From an uncultured Nitrospinota bacterium (GTDB lineage: Bacteria; Nitrospinota; Nitrospinia; Nitrospinales; JAJDAT01), in contig CAYFMN010000015.1 of assembly GCA_964344185.1 (NCBI GenBank), forward strand, positions 12,142 to 76,141: a stretch of 64,000 nucleotides of DNA, given 5' to 3'. Positions within the stretch are counted from its first letter, which is position 1; each line of letters begins with the position of its first letter. The translations under genes were made by a program, and so were the position numbers. This document shows positions 26,990-36,773 of this stretch, one piece after another. The notes under the pieces were generated by a model. That model was not told the origin of the DNA and ran no database searches. It saw only the letters and a program-made list of their open reading frames with translations.

Positions 26990-28333
26990 CTATCTGGAAG
27001 AATTTGTTAGAGCTTTTAAATACTCTAATCCGGGAGGAACTTCCTCGCCTTCGCAATAATTGCTTTCGGCAAGGATTTTAATATCGTCTAAAGTTTTCTT
27101 ATCTCCTTCAAATGTTACCATTTGATAACCCTTATCGGCTATTAAACCGCCTGCCTGCAACAAACTCATTACCGATTTCAAACTAAACTTTTCATCGTCT
27201 ACCAAAAGGAACGCGTCTTTATTATGCTCTTTCGCAATTAAAGTTAGATAAGTCGAAGGTCTGGCGTGAAAACCCAGAGGTTGCGGAACGGGCAATTCAT
27301 ACCTAACTATTTCCAAGGCGTTTGTTAAAATTTCGTCGCTTAGCTTCGCGCCTTCTTCAATATAGGCCATGCTTAATTTAAAAGCAAAATTGACAATTGT
27401 CGAAAAGAGCGTGTTTTTATCCACTAAGCTGGCGATAGTTTCTTTACAACCGCCCTGCCTGATATCGTCTTCATGCCGTTCGTAAAAATGACATAACCAC
27501 AAAGAAATTTCTTGGAGGTGCAAAGCTAAGGAGATACAACCGCGAATATTCTTTAACTTTGGAAAGGTGTACTCAATTCTCGTATTTTTAACATAAGTGT
27601 CGTAATCGGATTGAACGCTGTGAATAACATTAGCGTACATTCGAGAATTTTTTTCGTTAATTATATCTGGAATTACTTTCCGTAATTGCTCCATATCATC
27701 GGTAAACTTTATCTTTACCTCTTTAATCATTTTTGCGACGTTTCTAACCTTACCGCATAGGTCAATGACTCGTTCCTGTTCGTCTTTTACCCTGTCTTCT
27801 GAAATGTTTTTAGGAAGTTTCTTGTTGCTTTGAAATTCAGGAAACTCGCTCGGCTTTACTCCTTCCACTGGAACTTCCAATCCATTAACCTTTGCGGATT
27901 TTTCGATTTCTTCGAAAAGGCTTAATATCGATTGGTTCAAAAAAGATAAAGTTTGGGCGGACCTTAAATAAAACTCCTTTTCAACTTCGTCGGCTACAAT
28001 AAGATTGTAAAACGGATATCGGTCTAATAAATGCCTGATCAAGAAAGCGGAAATCCCCAAGTTCCTGATTGAAGCTACATATTCGGAAAAATAAACCCAC
28101 GTCTTATTCTCACGCGCTCCATGCTCGTCCAAAAAACTCTCTAAAAATTCCGCCTCTTGAACTAAATGGGAATAAAATTTTTTTGAAACGTCTGTTTCTT
28201 CTTTTACGTATATCTTAAACGAATTAATAGTTCGAAAAAAACTAAGACTGGTTTTCTGAACATAAGGTAAAAACTCTTTTTCCGCAATAAATTGAATTAA
28301 CGACTCAGGCTCTATAGTCATAAGTTTTCTCAA
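26990..28333 (-). CDS. large unknown N-terminal domain fused to a C-terminal HPr (PTS phosphocarrier) domain
   Basis: C-terminal ~85 aa: PLGFHARPSTYL...FSLKSVMSLLQAGGL...VTFEGDKKTLDDI. This aligns with the HPr His15 (GxHARP) and Ser46 (LKSxM) sites, with the same 31-residue spacing. Start is TTG 28333 or ATG 28321. Confidence 0.7.
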   Translation of the reverse strand: MRKLMTIEPESLIQFIAEKEFLPYVQKTSLSFFRTINSFKIYVKEETDVSKKFYSHLVQEAEFLESFLDEHGARENKTWVYFSEYVASIRNLGISAFLIRHLLDRYPFYNLIVADEVEKEFYLRSAQTLSFLNQSILSLFEEIEKSAKVNGLEVPVEGVKPSEFPEFQSNKKLPKNISEDRVKDEQERVIDLCGKVRNVAKMIKEVKIKFTDDMEQLRKVIPDIINEKNSRMYANVIHSVQSDYDTYVKNTRIEYTFPKLKNIRGCISLALHLQEISLWLCHFYERHEDDIRQGGCKETIASLVDKNTLFSTIVNFAFKLSMAYIEEGAKLSDEILTNALEIVRYELPVPQPLGFHARPSTYLTLIAKEHNKDAFLLVDDEKFSLKSVMSLLQAGGLIADKGYQMVTFEGDKKTLDDIKILAESNYCEGEEVPPGLEYLKALTNSSR

Positions 28334-28870
28334 TTAATTAACAAGTTTTCTAAGTTTCTTTGGTAAATATTTATTCCAGCTTTCCAAATGAGATTTTGGA
28401 GCGGGAGGCACAGCCAACGAATATAAATAAAAATCTGGTTTTGAAGGTTTTTTTGCTAAATAAAAACCAATTTCTTCTGGAGTTTTATTCGACTTCTTTA
28501 AATTGCATGGTTTACAAGCGACAACCACATTATTCCATGTAGTTTTGCCGCCTCTTGATTTTGGAACAATATGGTCTATCGTCAAGGTTTGTGAGGTTTC
28601 CAGACAATATTGGCAAGTAAAATTATCTCGTTTCAGAATATTCTTCTTACTGAAAGAAATACTCTTACCTGTTTTTTTACGAACCATTTTTAATACTCGT
28701 ATAACCGTGGGAAGGGCAAAGGTCGCATTAGGGGACTTGACTTGATACCCGTCTACTTCCAACCCTTCGGCACGACCAGACAAAACCATTATTAAGGCTC
28801 TTTTAGCGTTACAAAATTGCAAAGGTTCGTAGGAATAATTTAAAACCAATATTTTAAACGATTCCAACAT
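28334..28870 (-). CDS. HNH endonuclease (about 180-aa stand-alone type)
   Basis: CQYCLETSQTLTIDHIVPKSRGGKTTWNNVVVACKPCNLKKSNK. Confidence 0.85.
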   Translation of the reverse strand: MLESFKILVLNYSYEPLQFCNAKRALIMVLSGRAEGLEVDGYQVKSPNATFALPTVIRVLKMVRKKTGKSISFSKKNILKRDNFTCQYCLETSQTLTIDHIVPKSRGGKTTWNNVVVACKPCNLKKSNKTPEEIGFYLAKKPSKPDFYLYSLAVPPAPKSHLESWNKYLPKKLRKLVN

Positions 28871-29079
28871 AATGGCTCATTCCTATTTTAAGTAGCTTAA
28901 ACTATTAAACTAAAAGGAGAAACGTCATGCCATGCAATCGCATACTTAATTATGCGAATAAGTGAAACTCAATATTTAAAAGAGTTTACTCTTTACTCAA
29001 TCGGAGTGTCAACACCTCGCTATCGAGTTGTCATAAAGTTAATGAATAAAAACTTGGTGGAAAATTAGTAAAGATACTA

Positions 29080-29763
29080 TTATCGAATTGCCAAATACCA
29101 GCGGCTTAAAACTTTTGGCGGAAATCCCATAATAAAAAGACTGGCGATAAGCCAATTTCGTAAGGTTGCAAAAACAATTCCCTCAGCTAACCAACGGCGG
29201 GCGGATGTTGACGCTTTCTCGTCGAGAATAGCAATCCTCCCTTCCCTTCGTAATCTCTGAAAAAATTCCAAGTCTTCGCAAATAGGTAAATTTTTATAAC
29301 CATCCATCCGGCGGAATATTTTTCTTTGGACAAAAATCCCCTGATCTCCATAGGTTAGTCCCAAATACTTGGAGCGCAAGGTCGCTACCGCTGAAATAAA
29401 CTTCAATGAACGTTTGGAAGACGCAATATCTAAGCTAAAAGCGCCGCCTATAAACTCTCCCGACGACATTACTTGAATCATTTTGTCGTAGCCGGTTAGC
29501 TCGACAATGCTATCGGCGTGAAGAAACCAGAGAACATCTCCGGATGCCGCCTCTGCAGCAGCGTTCATCTGAGCCGCTCGCCCCCTCGGAGCGTCGACTA
29601 TTTTGATTCCCAGTCTTTCAACAATAGAACGGGTTTCGTCGTTGCTGCCGCCATCGCTAACGATTATTTCGTAAGGACCAAAGTTTTGAATCTGTAACAA
29701 CGTCTTTTCAATGACCCGCGACTCGTTAAACGCGGGAACAATTACAGACAATTTTAAACTCAT
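29080..29763 (-). CDS. family 2 glycosyltransferase (resembles the TIGR04283-type small GT2)
   Basis: SVIVPAFNE, DGGSNDET, PRGRAAQMNAAAEAASGDVLWFLHADS, ICEDLEF. Subfamily assignment is from memory. Confidence 0.8.
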   Translation of the reverse strand: MSLKLSVIVPAFNESRVIEKTLLQIQNFGPYEIIVSDGGSNDETRSIVERLGIKIVDAPRGRAAQMNAAAEAASGDVLWFLHADSIVELTGYDKMIQVMSSGEFIGGAFSLDIASSKRSLKFISAVATLRSKYLGLTYGDQGIFVQRKIFRRMDGYKNLPICEDLEFFQRLRREGRIAILDEKASTSARRWLAEGIVFATLRNWLIASLFIMGFPPKVLSRWYLAIR

Positions 29764-30061
29764 GAAATTAGGGAAACGATAATTATTGCGTTAGCGTTGA
29801 ATTAGAAAATATATAGAAATAATAATTTAGCCAGAAAAGTAAACCATAAGGATGAATCAATTGCAATAAACTTAGGCTGGTTTTATAGGAAGGGACGCGG
29901 TTTTTTAAACGAAAAATAAAAACTGTATTAGCCTAAAAACTTTAGACAAACGCCTCTTTAGATTAATCGCAACCCCCTATATTGAATAATAATAAGCGGC
30001 GCTGCCAAATCCTTTTTAGAAATGTTATATTAGAAAGTTAAAAAAACTACATTAAGTTAGA

Positions 30062-30862
30062 ATGCTTGCTCATTTTATCGATTCAAAATCATTTCAATGC
30101 GGTTATTTCGACGATCGCCAGTCCTTCTTCGAAGAGTATCTTTTAGAAGATATTTCTGAAGCTGAATTTGAATACTTATTATCAAATGGAATGCGTCACT
30201 TTGGGGATTATTATTTCCGTCCACGATGCAACGGTTGTCATGATTGTATTCCAATAAGAATTCGTCCAGAAAGTTTCATTATGTCAAGGACCCATAAACG
30301 AACGCTTAAAAAATGCGAAAATATTAAAATAAAAATCGGACCGCCTAGATTTACCGAAAAAAAATTTGAACTTTACCTGGAACATAAAAAAAGGTTCCCA
30401 TCTCTTCAAGACGATGTTGAAGACATAGAAAACTTTTCAGTCTCTTTTTATCAGAGCGTTCCTTTTGGAATTGAATTCGAATATTACTTCAATGGAGAAT
30501 TGATAGGAGCCGCTTTGGGAGATTTTACTAAAAACACATTTTCTGCAGTCTACACTTTTTACGTTAACCCCGATCCTCAAATGAGTTTGGGAGTTTTTAG
30601 TATTTTAAAGCAAATTCAGTTTTCCAGAGAATGTGGAATTAAGTTCTTTTATTTGGGTTATTTTATTTTAAAAAATCAGTCTTTAAACTATAAAGCTAAT
30701 TTTAAACCCAATGAGGTGTTCATTGATAATGAATGGATTCCATACAAAACTACAAAAGGGAATACTCTCGTCTCAAACGAACTATTAAATTGGAAAAATT
30801 CGGAGTTTTTAATCAAAGAAACCCAAAGAGAAGAGTTTCATCAAGACATTAGAATCAGATAA
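30062..30862 (+). CDS. bpt: arginyl/leucyl-tRNA--protein transferase (bacterial Ate/Bpt family, N-end rule)
   Basis: QCGYFDDRQS...LSNGMRHFGDYYFRPRCNGCHDCIPIRI (ATE_N) and YYFNGELIGAALGD...SAVYTFY.P......LGVFSILKQI.......I.FFYLGY (ATE_C). Confidence 0.85.
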   Translation: MLAHFIDSKSFQCGYFDDRQSFFEEYLLEDISEAEFEYLLSNGMRHFGDYYFRPRCNGCHDCIPIRIRPESFIMSRTHKRTLKKCENIKIKIGPPRFTEKKFELYLEHKKRFPSLQDDVEDIENFSVSFYQSVPFGIEFEYYFNGELIGAALGDFTKNTFSAVYTFYVNPDPQMSLGVFSILKQIQFSRECGIKFFYLGYFILKNQSLNYKANFKPNEVFIDNEWIPYKTTKGNTLVSNELLNWKNSEFLIKETQREEFHQDIRIR

Positions 30863-31002
30863 TTTCAAAATACTTTAAATAAAGCCAAATAACCAAAAAA
30901 ACGTTAAAAATAACGCCTATGTGAAAAATCCAATTAAAAGATTTACTGTATTTAAATTTGTAATCCATTTAGCGCGCTCCTGATTTTTAACCGCTTTTTC
31001 CC

Positions 31003-31800
31003 CTAATCCATTACTAAAGTCTTTAGTCTCTTTGCCAATGGACCAGGTCTAATTGTTTTTCTAACTGGACGGTCAATGAGGTTTAAACTCATATAAAGCC
31101 TCTCAAGGTTTGGGAAAATGTTTCCTTCGGCGATCAATTTTCCTCCAGCGTCCCGAATTTCGTTCCTCCAGATACTTAAAACTTTCAACGACTTAAAGCT
31201 TTCAGATTTGGCAATGGCGGTAAACCCCTCATCCCCAATTTTATTCGAACAAAGATAAAGGTTTGTTAAATTTGTTAGGGTTTCTGTAGAGGCTAGCTCT
31301 AAAGCCCCTTTATCCCCCATCTGAGTTGAATCCAAATGTAATGCGGTTAGTTTTGGTAATTTATTGGATCTAGCTAAAAATTGAACCCCTTCATGGCCAA
31401 GAGGGTTTGAATCTAAAAAAAGCGTTTCTAAATTTCTTAATTTTTCGGATTCAGCAATGGCTTTAGCTCCGAGCGAATTTATTTTATTCGCTTCTAGCAT
31501 TAAGCAAGTCAAACTTTTTACCAAATCTGATTCAACCAGCGCTTTTATTCCCTCTCCTCCAGATTCCCCTATGTTATTATGGTTTAAATATATATGAGTG
31601 ATATTATCGGATATTTTGCATTGAGCTAAGATTTTTATTTCTTCATCCCCTAATCCATTATCGCTTAAGTAAATCTTCTCCAGAGTTGGGATCGGTTCTA
31701 ATTCTAAAAATTTCTCCAATTCAACTTTTCTAATTCCCTGATTTTCTAAATCGAGAAGCTTTCCATCCTCGCTCAATTGTTTTTTAACTAACTCTTTCAT
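31003..31800 (-). CDS. leucine-rich-repeat protein, ribonuclease-inhibitor (RNI)-like ~28-aa repeats
   Basis: Repeats such as L..L.L..N.IGDEG...IA.S......L..L at regular spacing. No signal peptide. Confidence 0.8.
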   Translation of the reverse strand: MKELVKKQLSEDGKLLDLENQGIRKVELEKFLELEPIPTLEKIYLSDNGLGDEEIKILAQCKISDNITHIYLNHNNIGESGGEGIKALVESDLVKSLTCLMLEANKINSLGAKAIAESEKLRNLETLFLDSNPLGHEGVQFLARSNKLPKLTALHLDSTQMGDKGALELASTETLTNLTNLYLCSNKIGDEGFTAIAKSESFKSLKVLSIWRNEIRDAGGKLIAEGNIFPNLERLYMSLNLIDRPVRKTIRPGPLAKRLKTLVMD

Positions 31801-31910
31801 AAAGTTTTGCCAATACTTGATCTAAAAATAAAACAGAAATTCAGTCTTTCGACTAATATAACTAAAGGGTTTCTCCAAATAATTTTAAAAAATTCTGTAC
31901 TTTAAAAGGG

Positions 31911-31998
31911 CTCCTCTAAAAATTTAAACTTACCGGTCCCATCTTTGCTTTTAAGAATTGGACGGTACAAAACAATAAAAACAACAATTATTTGAGTC
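31911..31998 (+). repeat. degenerate copy C of the long-hairpin element
   Basis: 5' CCTCTAAAAATT (31913-31924) and 3' AATTATTTGAG (31986-31996) pair at 9 of 11 positions. Inner stem TACCG/CGGTA. Confidence 0.35.
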
Positions 31999-32042
31999 TC
32001 GTTAAAGTATATCAGTAAATATATTGAGGCGCCTTCAAAAAT

Positions 32043-35000
32043 TCATTGCCTACCATATCCTCCTCCGCCTGGAGTAAGAATCCTAATGGCGTCGCCAATT
32101 TTTGCGGTTTTTTGATTTTTACCTCCAAGATCCTCAACGCTCCCGGAGTTCGCAATCCAAAGATTTTTTCCCGCTTGACCGTCTTCTCCTCCATCTAAGC
32201 CATATGGCGGATAGACTCTTCTCTCGGATAAAATGGCTACGTTCATAGGACTTAAAAATTCTATTTCGCGAATCAAACCATCGCCGCCGCGATATCGCCC
32301 GCGCCCCCCCGAACCTGATCGATAAGCGAACTCTCTCAATAAAACAGGGTATCTGGACTCCAATATTTCAGGATCGGTTATTCTGGTGTTTGTCATATGA
32401 GTGTGTATGCCGGAACGACAGTTCCACCTAGGCTCGCCCCCAGCCCCGCCGCCAATAGTTTCATAGTATCCAAATTCTTCGTTTCCAAATGTGAGATTGT
32501 TCATACACCCTTGGGAACCTGCCACAGCTTCAAAAGATTTTAAAATAACATCGGTGATTCTTTGGGACGTTAAAACATTGCCGCCACAAACTGCCGCCCC
32601 ATCCATTGGATTTAATATAGAACCCTCTGGTATCGCTACTCTTATAGGAATTAAGAAACCCTCGTTTAATGGAATATCTTCTTGAATTAAGCAACGTAAA
32701 CAATAAAGAATTGCCGAAAAAGTTACCGCCTTGGGAGCGTTTAAGTTTCCTTTAACTTGGGAAGCCGTTCCCGAAAAATCAAACACAGCCTCCCCATTTT
32801 CCTTATCAATTTGAAGCTCTAAAGATACTTTAGAGCCATCGTCCATTAGTTCAACTGACTTGCCGCCTTTCAATCCAGTCCAACTTCTTAACAAAGATCT
32901 AACTGAATCAGCGGAGTTTTTTTGAATCAGGTCCATGTAATTCCGGACCGTTTCAAGCGAATTCTCCTCAACCAATTTTATTAATAACTCTTCGCCTCGA
33001 CGATTTGCCGCAACTTGGGCTTTAAGATCCGAAATATTATCTTTTAAAATTCTTGTTCCTAAAGTTCCATCTTTTTCTCCAGATAATATTTGAGAAATTT
33101 CCTCTTCGCGAAAAGTTCCATTTTCAACTAATTTAAAAAACTGAATCGCGATTCCTTCGTCCTCCAACTTGGTCGAAAAGGGAGGCATAGAACCGGGGGA
33201 AATTCCTCCAACATCGGAGTGGTGACCGCGATTGGCGGCGTAAAACTCTGGAACCCCATTATAAAAAATAGGAGTCGCCACTGTTATATCCGGTAAATGG
33301 CTTCCTCCCATTTTTGGGTGATTAGACACCCAGACATCCCCTTCTTTTGTATTACCTCGAAAAGCTTCAATTAGTTTTCGAACCGTTTCTCCTATAGCTC
33401 CAAGGTGAACTGGCAAATGAGGCGCGTTAGCTACCAGATTTCCCCTCCCGTCGAAAATAGCGCAGGAAAAATCTCTTCTTTCTTTTATGTTGGTGGAAAT
33501 AGCCGTGTTTTCAAGGATGCGACCCATTTGTTCCGCTATTGCCATAAAACGGTGCCCGTACAAAGATAATAAGACTGGATCTTCCGATGAATCGCAATCA
33601 GTTTCAAGGGTCTCAGCCACTATTATTTCAATATCGCCAAATTCAGTAATTTCTGCGCTGCATAAAGGGTCTACAACAATGGTAGACGACGAATCAATAA
33701 TAATAGCGGGACCGCTTATTTTATCGCCGGCTCCCAAATCGCAAAGTTGAAAAACGGGCGTGGGCTTCCATTCTTTATCAAAAAAACAATCCACACTGGT
33801 AATTTGCATAGGGCTACCGGCGCCAGAGAGAATTTTTCTTTGAACAATATTAGGTGAAAGACCTATAGAGCGAATCACGATTTCATCTATCACAATCTCT
33901 CTATCCTCTAATTGAAACCCCATTTCTTTCAAATGCCAGTCTAGAAAATTTTGTTTTATATCCCCATACTCTGAATACCGAATGGCTTTTGATGTATCGG
34001 TATTTTTATATCTCAAAACCAGATATGTTTGAATCTGAATTTGATCTTCTTCAAACCCCTGATCTTTAATATTAGCTATAGCTTTAGCTCGCAGGCGATC
34101 AATATCGTCTAATAGATGAGAAAGATCGTTCAATTCAAAAGCTGTCGGCTGACGAGTTTCTTCAAAAACATCCGCCAATCCCATCCCAAAAGCTGAAAGA
34201 ATTCCAGCAAAACGATGAATAAAGATTTTCTCAATGCCTAAAATTTTTGCAACGGCGCAAGCGTGTTGTCCTGCCGCCCCTCCAAAACAAGCCAGAACGT
34301 GATCAGAAGGGTTAAAACCTTTTTCAGAAGTAATTTCCAGGATTGCTCGCGCCATCGCCTCGTTTGCAACGCGAACAAAACCCGCCGCCACTTCTTCAAG
34401 ATCATAAGGGCGTATCCCTTTCGCCACGTTTTCTTTATTTACTTTTTCCGTAATTTGTTTGATAGAGTTCCTAGCCGCTTCTTTATTTAAAGGTTGATCG
34501 GCATTTGGACCGAAGATATTTGGAAAATAATTTGGCAACAACTTTCCCAAAACTAAATTAGCGTCGGTTAAAGCGACGTGACCATTTTTCCCATAACACG
34601 CCGGCCCGGGGTTAGCCCCTGCCGAATCGGGTCCAACAACAAACAAACCATTTTTAAAATAAAGTCGAGACCCCCCGCCCGCTGCGATTGTTTTAATTTT
34701 TAAATGTGGCGTTTGTAGATGAACGGCTGATATTTCCGATTCATCCATCCATTCAAACTCACCGTCAAATCTGGAAACGTCTGTCGACGTTCCTCCCATA
34801 TCAAAACCAATAAGCGGTTTTTCTGGATATCGATTCCTACCAGTTAATGCATACCCGACGACTCCGCCCGCAGGCCCCGAATAAATTGACCGGCTACCGG
34901 AAAAACGTTCGGCTCCAATCAAACCTCCATCGGACTGCATAAACCATATAGGGAGGTTTTTATTTTGAAAATTAGAACGAAACTCTTCCACATATTTTTG

Positions 35001-35732
35001 AATAATGGGATTTAAATACGCTTCAACGCTCGTCGTTTGACCTCTATCAACAAATTTTATTTTTGGCGATACCGCATGCGATAAAGATATATAGGAAAAC
35101 CCGATTGATTTAGCTAGCTTTTCTATCTCAAGCTCATGTTTTGGAAACGCGTAAGAATGCATACAAACCACCGCCAGGCTTGTTATGCCCTTTTTCTTTA
35201 TTTCCAACAAATCGTCTTTTAATCGACTGGTATCTAAAGGTCGAATGATTTTATAAAATCGACTTGTTTCGGATAAATGCGCGTTTTCCTTATCCTCCCC
35301 AGGTTGTAAAAGCCTGATTCGTTCTTCAACCTCGACAACGGTTTCATAAAATGGCTCGGGTATTTGAATCTTTAAATTAAAAATATCAGGGCGATTTTGC
35401 TTGCCGATACTCAAAAGATCTTTAAATCCTTTGGTTATGATAACTGCGGAACGAACCCCTTTTCGCTCAAGTAATGCATTCGTCGCTAAGGTCGTTCCCA
35501 TTCGAATCCACTCTATCGAACTTGAGTCTTCAAATGGTTTCCCAAGCCGCTCCATAATTCTTCTAATTCCCTCAACGGGAGCGTCCGGGTATTTTTCGGG
35601 ATTTTCAGAAAGGAGTTTTTCTACTATAAACCCAGGAGCCTCTGGGACTTCGGCGTATACATCGGTGAAAGTCCCTCCTCTATCTATCGCAAAGCGGATT
35701 TGCGTTGATCGGAAATTTTGGGAGGATTCCAT
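32043..35732 (-). CDS. 5-oxoprolinase (ATP-hydrolysing), fused hydantoinase A + B domains
   Basis: 1229 aa. N-terminal FAIDRGGTFTD, DMGGTSTDV (HyuA-type). C-terminal hydantoinase_B blocks (NIKERRDFSCAIFD, HLPDITV..PIF, GGGGYG). Confidence 0.93.
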   Translation of the reverse strand: MESSQNFRSTQIRFAIDRGGTFTDVYAEVPEAPGFIVEKLLSENPEKYPDAPVEGIRRIMERLGKPFEDSSSIEWIRMGTTLATNALLERKGVRSAVIITKGFKDLLSIGKQNRPDIFNLKIQIPEPFYETVVEVEERIRLLQPGEDKENAHLSETSRFYKIIRPLDTSRLKDDLLEIKKKGITSLAVVCMHSYAFPKHELEIEKLAKSIGFSYISLSHAVSPKIKFVDRGQTTSVEAYLNPIIQKYVEEFRSNFQNKNLPIWFMQSDGGLIGAERFSGSRSIYSGPAGGVVGYALTGRNRYPEKPLIGFDMGGTSTDVSRFDGEFEWMDESEISAVHLQTPHLKIKTIAAGGGSRLYFKNGLFVVGPDSAGANPGPACYGKNGHVALTDANLVLGKLLPNYFPNIFGPNADQPLNKEAARNSIKQITEKVNKENVAKGIRPYDLEEVAAGFVRVANEAMARAILEITSEKGFNPSDHVLACFGGAAGQHACAVAKILGIEKIFIHRFAGILSAFGMGLADVFEETRQPTAFELNDLSHLLDDIDRLRAKAIANIKDQGFEEDQIQIQTYLVLRYKNTDTSKAIRYSEYGDIKQNFLDWHLKEMGFQLEDREIVIDEIVIRSIGLSPNIVQRKILSGAGSPMQITSVDCFFDKEWKPTPVFQLCDLGAGDKISGPAIIIDSSSTIVVDPLCSAEITEFGDIEIIVAETLETDCDSSEDPVLLSLYGHRFMAIAEQMGRILENTAISTNIKERRDFSCAIFDGRGNLVANAPHLPVHLGAIGETVRKLIEAFRGNTKEGDVWVSNHPKMGGSHLPDITVATPIFYNGVPEFYAANRGHHSDVGGISPGSMPPFSTKLEDEGIAIQFFKLVENGTFREEEISQILSGEKDGTLGTRILKDNISDLKAQVAANRRGEELLIKLVEENSLETVRNYMDLIQKNSADSVRSLLRSWTGLKGGKSVELMDDGSKVSLELQIDKENGEAVFDFSGTASQVKGNLNAPKAVTFSAILYCLRCLIQEDIPLNEGFLIPIRVAIPEGSILNPMDGAAVCGGNVLTSQRITDVILKSFEAVAGSQGCMNNLTFGNEEFGYYETIGGGAGGEPRWNCRSGIHTHMTNTRITDPEILESRYPVLLREFAYRSGSGGRGRYRGGDGLIREIEFLSPMNVAILSERRVYPPYGLDGGEDGQAGKNLWIANSGSVEDLGGKNQKTAKIGDAIRILTPGGGGYGRQ

Positions 35733-35774
35733 TGATCGGTGAAAACTTCGATAGGATTTTAAAACAAAAAACTT

Positions 35775-36752
35775 TTAGAAAGCGTTTAAATCAACCGTTT
35801 CCCCTTCGCAAGCGACAAAAACTTGCAAGTCCGATCCTTTTCCAACTTTTTTCAGATATTTCTCGGCAAGTTGAAATACATCCATAATCTTAAAATCGCT
35901 ATAGGTAGGTTCATGATGGTATAAAGCCAATTGCCCAACGTTCGCTTCCAAAGCTATGTCGATACCAATAAAAGCCGAACTATGTCCCCAGTTTTCTTTA
36001 AACTCAATACCTTCCATGAAAGTGTATTGAGCGTCAAATATAACTAAATCAGCGTCTTTAAAAAAATCGATAACTGATTGCAGGGCTTGTTTGCCAATAT
36101 CTTTATACTCCGAATCAGTCGCGTAAATAAAAGATTTCCCGTTATAGTCAATTCGATAGGCGTATGAACCGCCTGGATGATAATTCTTTTTCCAGGAAAT
36201 CTTGGCGTCTCCAATTTTCAAATCAGAAACTTCATTTAAATCTGTAAAAGAAATATCCGAGGGGAAAATACTAAAAGGAACTGGAAAAAACTCGGGTCGT
36301 TGGTGACTCGCCAGGCGGTCTTCCAAGTCTCTATGCCCACCGTAAAACTTAAAACGATTGCCTTTAACATAAAAAGGGACAAAAAATGGAATTCCCAATA
36401 TATGATCGTAGTGAGTATGACTCACAAAAATATGCGCTTCGCCGCCGCCCTTGCCAAACTCTTGGCTCATCCAATGCAATCCCAATTCTCGCAAACCGGA
36501 ACCGCAATCAAAAACAAAGTTTTTTCCCGCTACTGAGGCTTGAACGCATGATGAATTTCCCCCAATTACCCCCCCAACCTCGACAGGCAACCTGTCTATA
36601 AACGCATTGCGAGAATCTTGATCTTGCAAATCGCTTGGTTTAATGCGTTCAACTAAGGCTAACATTTTTTCTTTCATTTTATCTGGAGTGATAGGGGTTG
36701 GGATAGAACCTCTTACGCCTCTAAATGTCACTTCAAATTCTTCTGCAGCCAT
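35775..36752 (-). CDS. MBL-fold metallo-hydrolase
   Basis: HIFVSHTHYDH metal motif, ...DSEY..., HS. Confidence 0.8.
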   Translation of the reverse strand: MAAEEFEVTFRGVRGSIPTPITPDKMKEKMLALVERIKPSDLQDQDSRNAFIDRLPVEVGGVIGGNSSCVQASVAGKNFVFDCGSGLRELGLHWMSQEFGKGGGEAHIFVSHTHYDHILGIPFFVPFYVKGNRFKFYGGHRDLEDRLASHQRPEFFPVPFSIFPSDISFTDLNEVSDLKIGDAKISWKKNYHPGGSYAYRIDYNGKSFIYATDSEYKDIGKQALQSVIDFFKDADLVIFDAQYTFMEGIEFKENWGHSSAFIGIDIALEANVGQLALYHHEPTYSDFKIMDVFQLAEKYLKKVGKGSDLQVFVACEGETVDLNAF

Positions 36753-36773
36753 AAGTGTTTTTCAGATCTTAGA

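Noticed and set aside
30855-30968. 37-codon hydrophobic minus-strand micro-ORF (MDYKFKYSKSFNWIFHIGVIFNVFLVIWLYLKYFEII) that I read downstream of bpt
   Set aside because: It overlaps the bpt stop and has no SD. AT-rich sequence readily yields such ORFs, so the evidence is insufficient.
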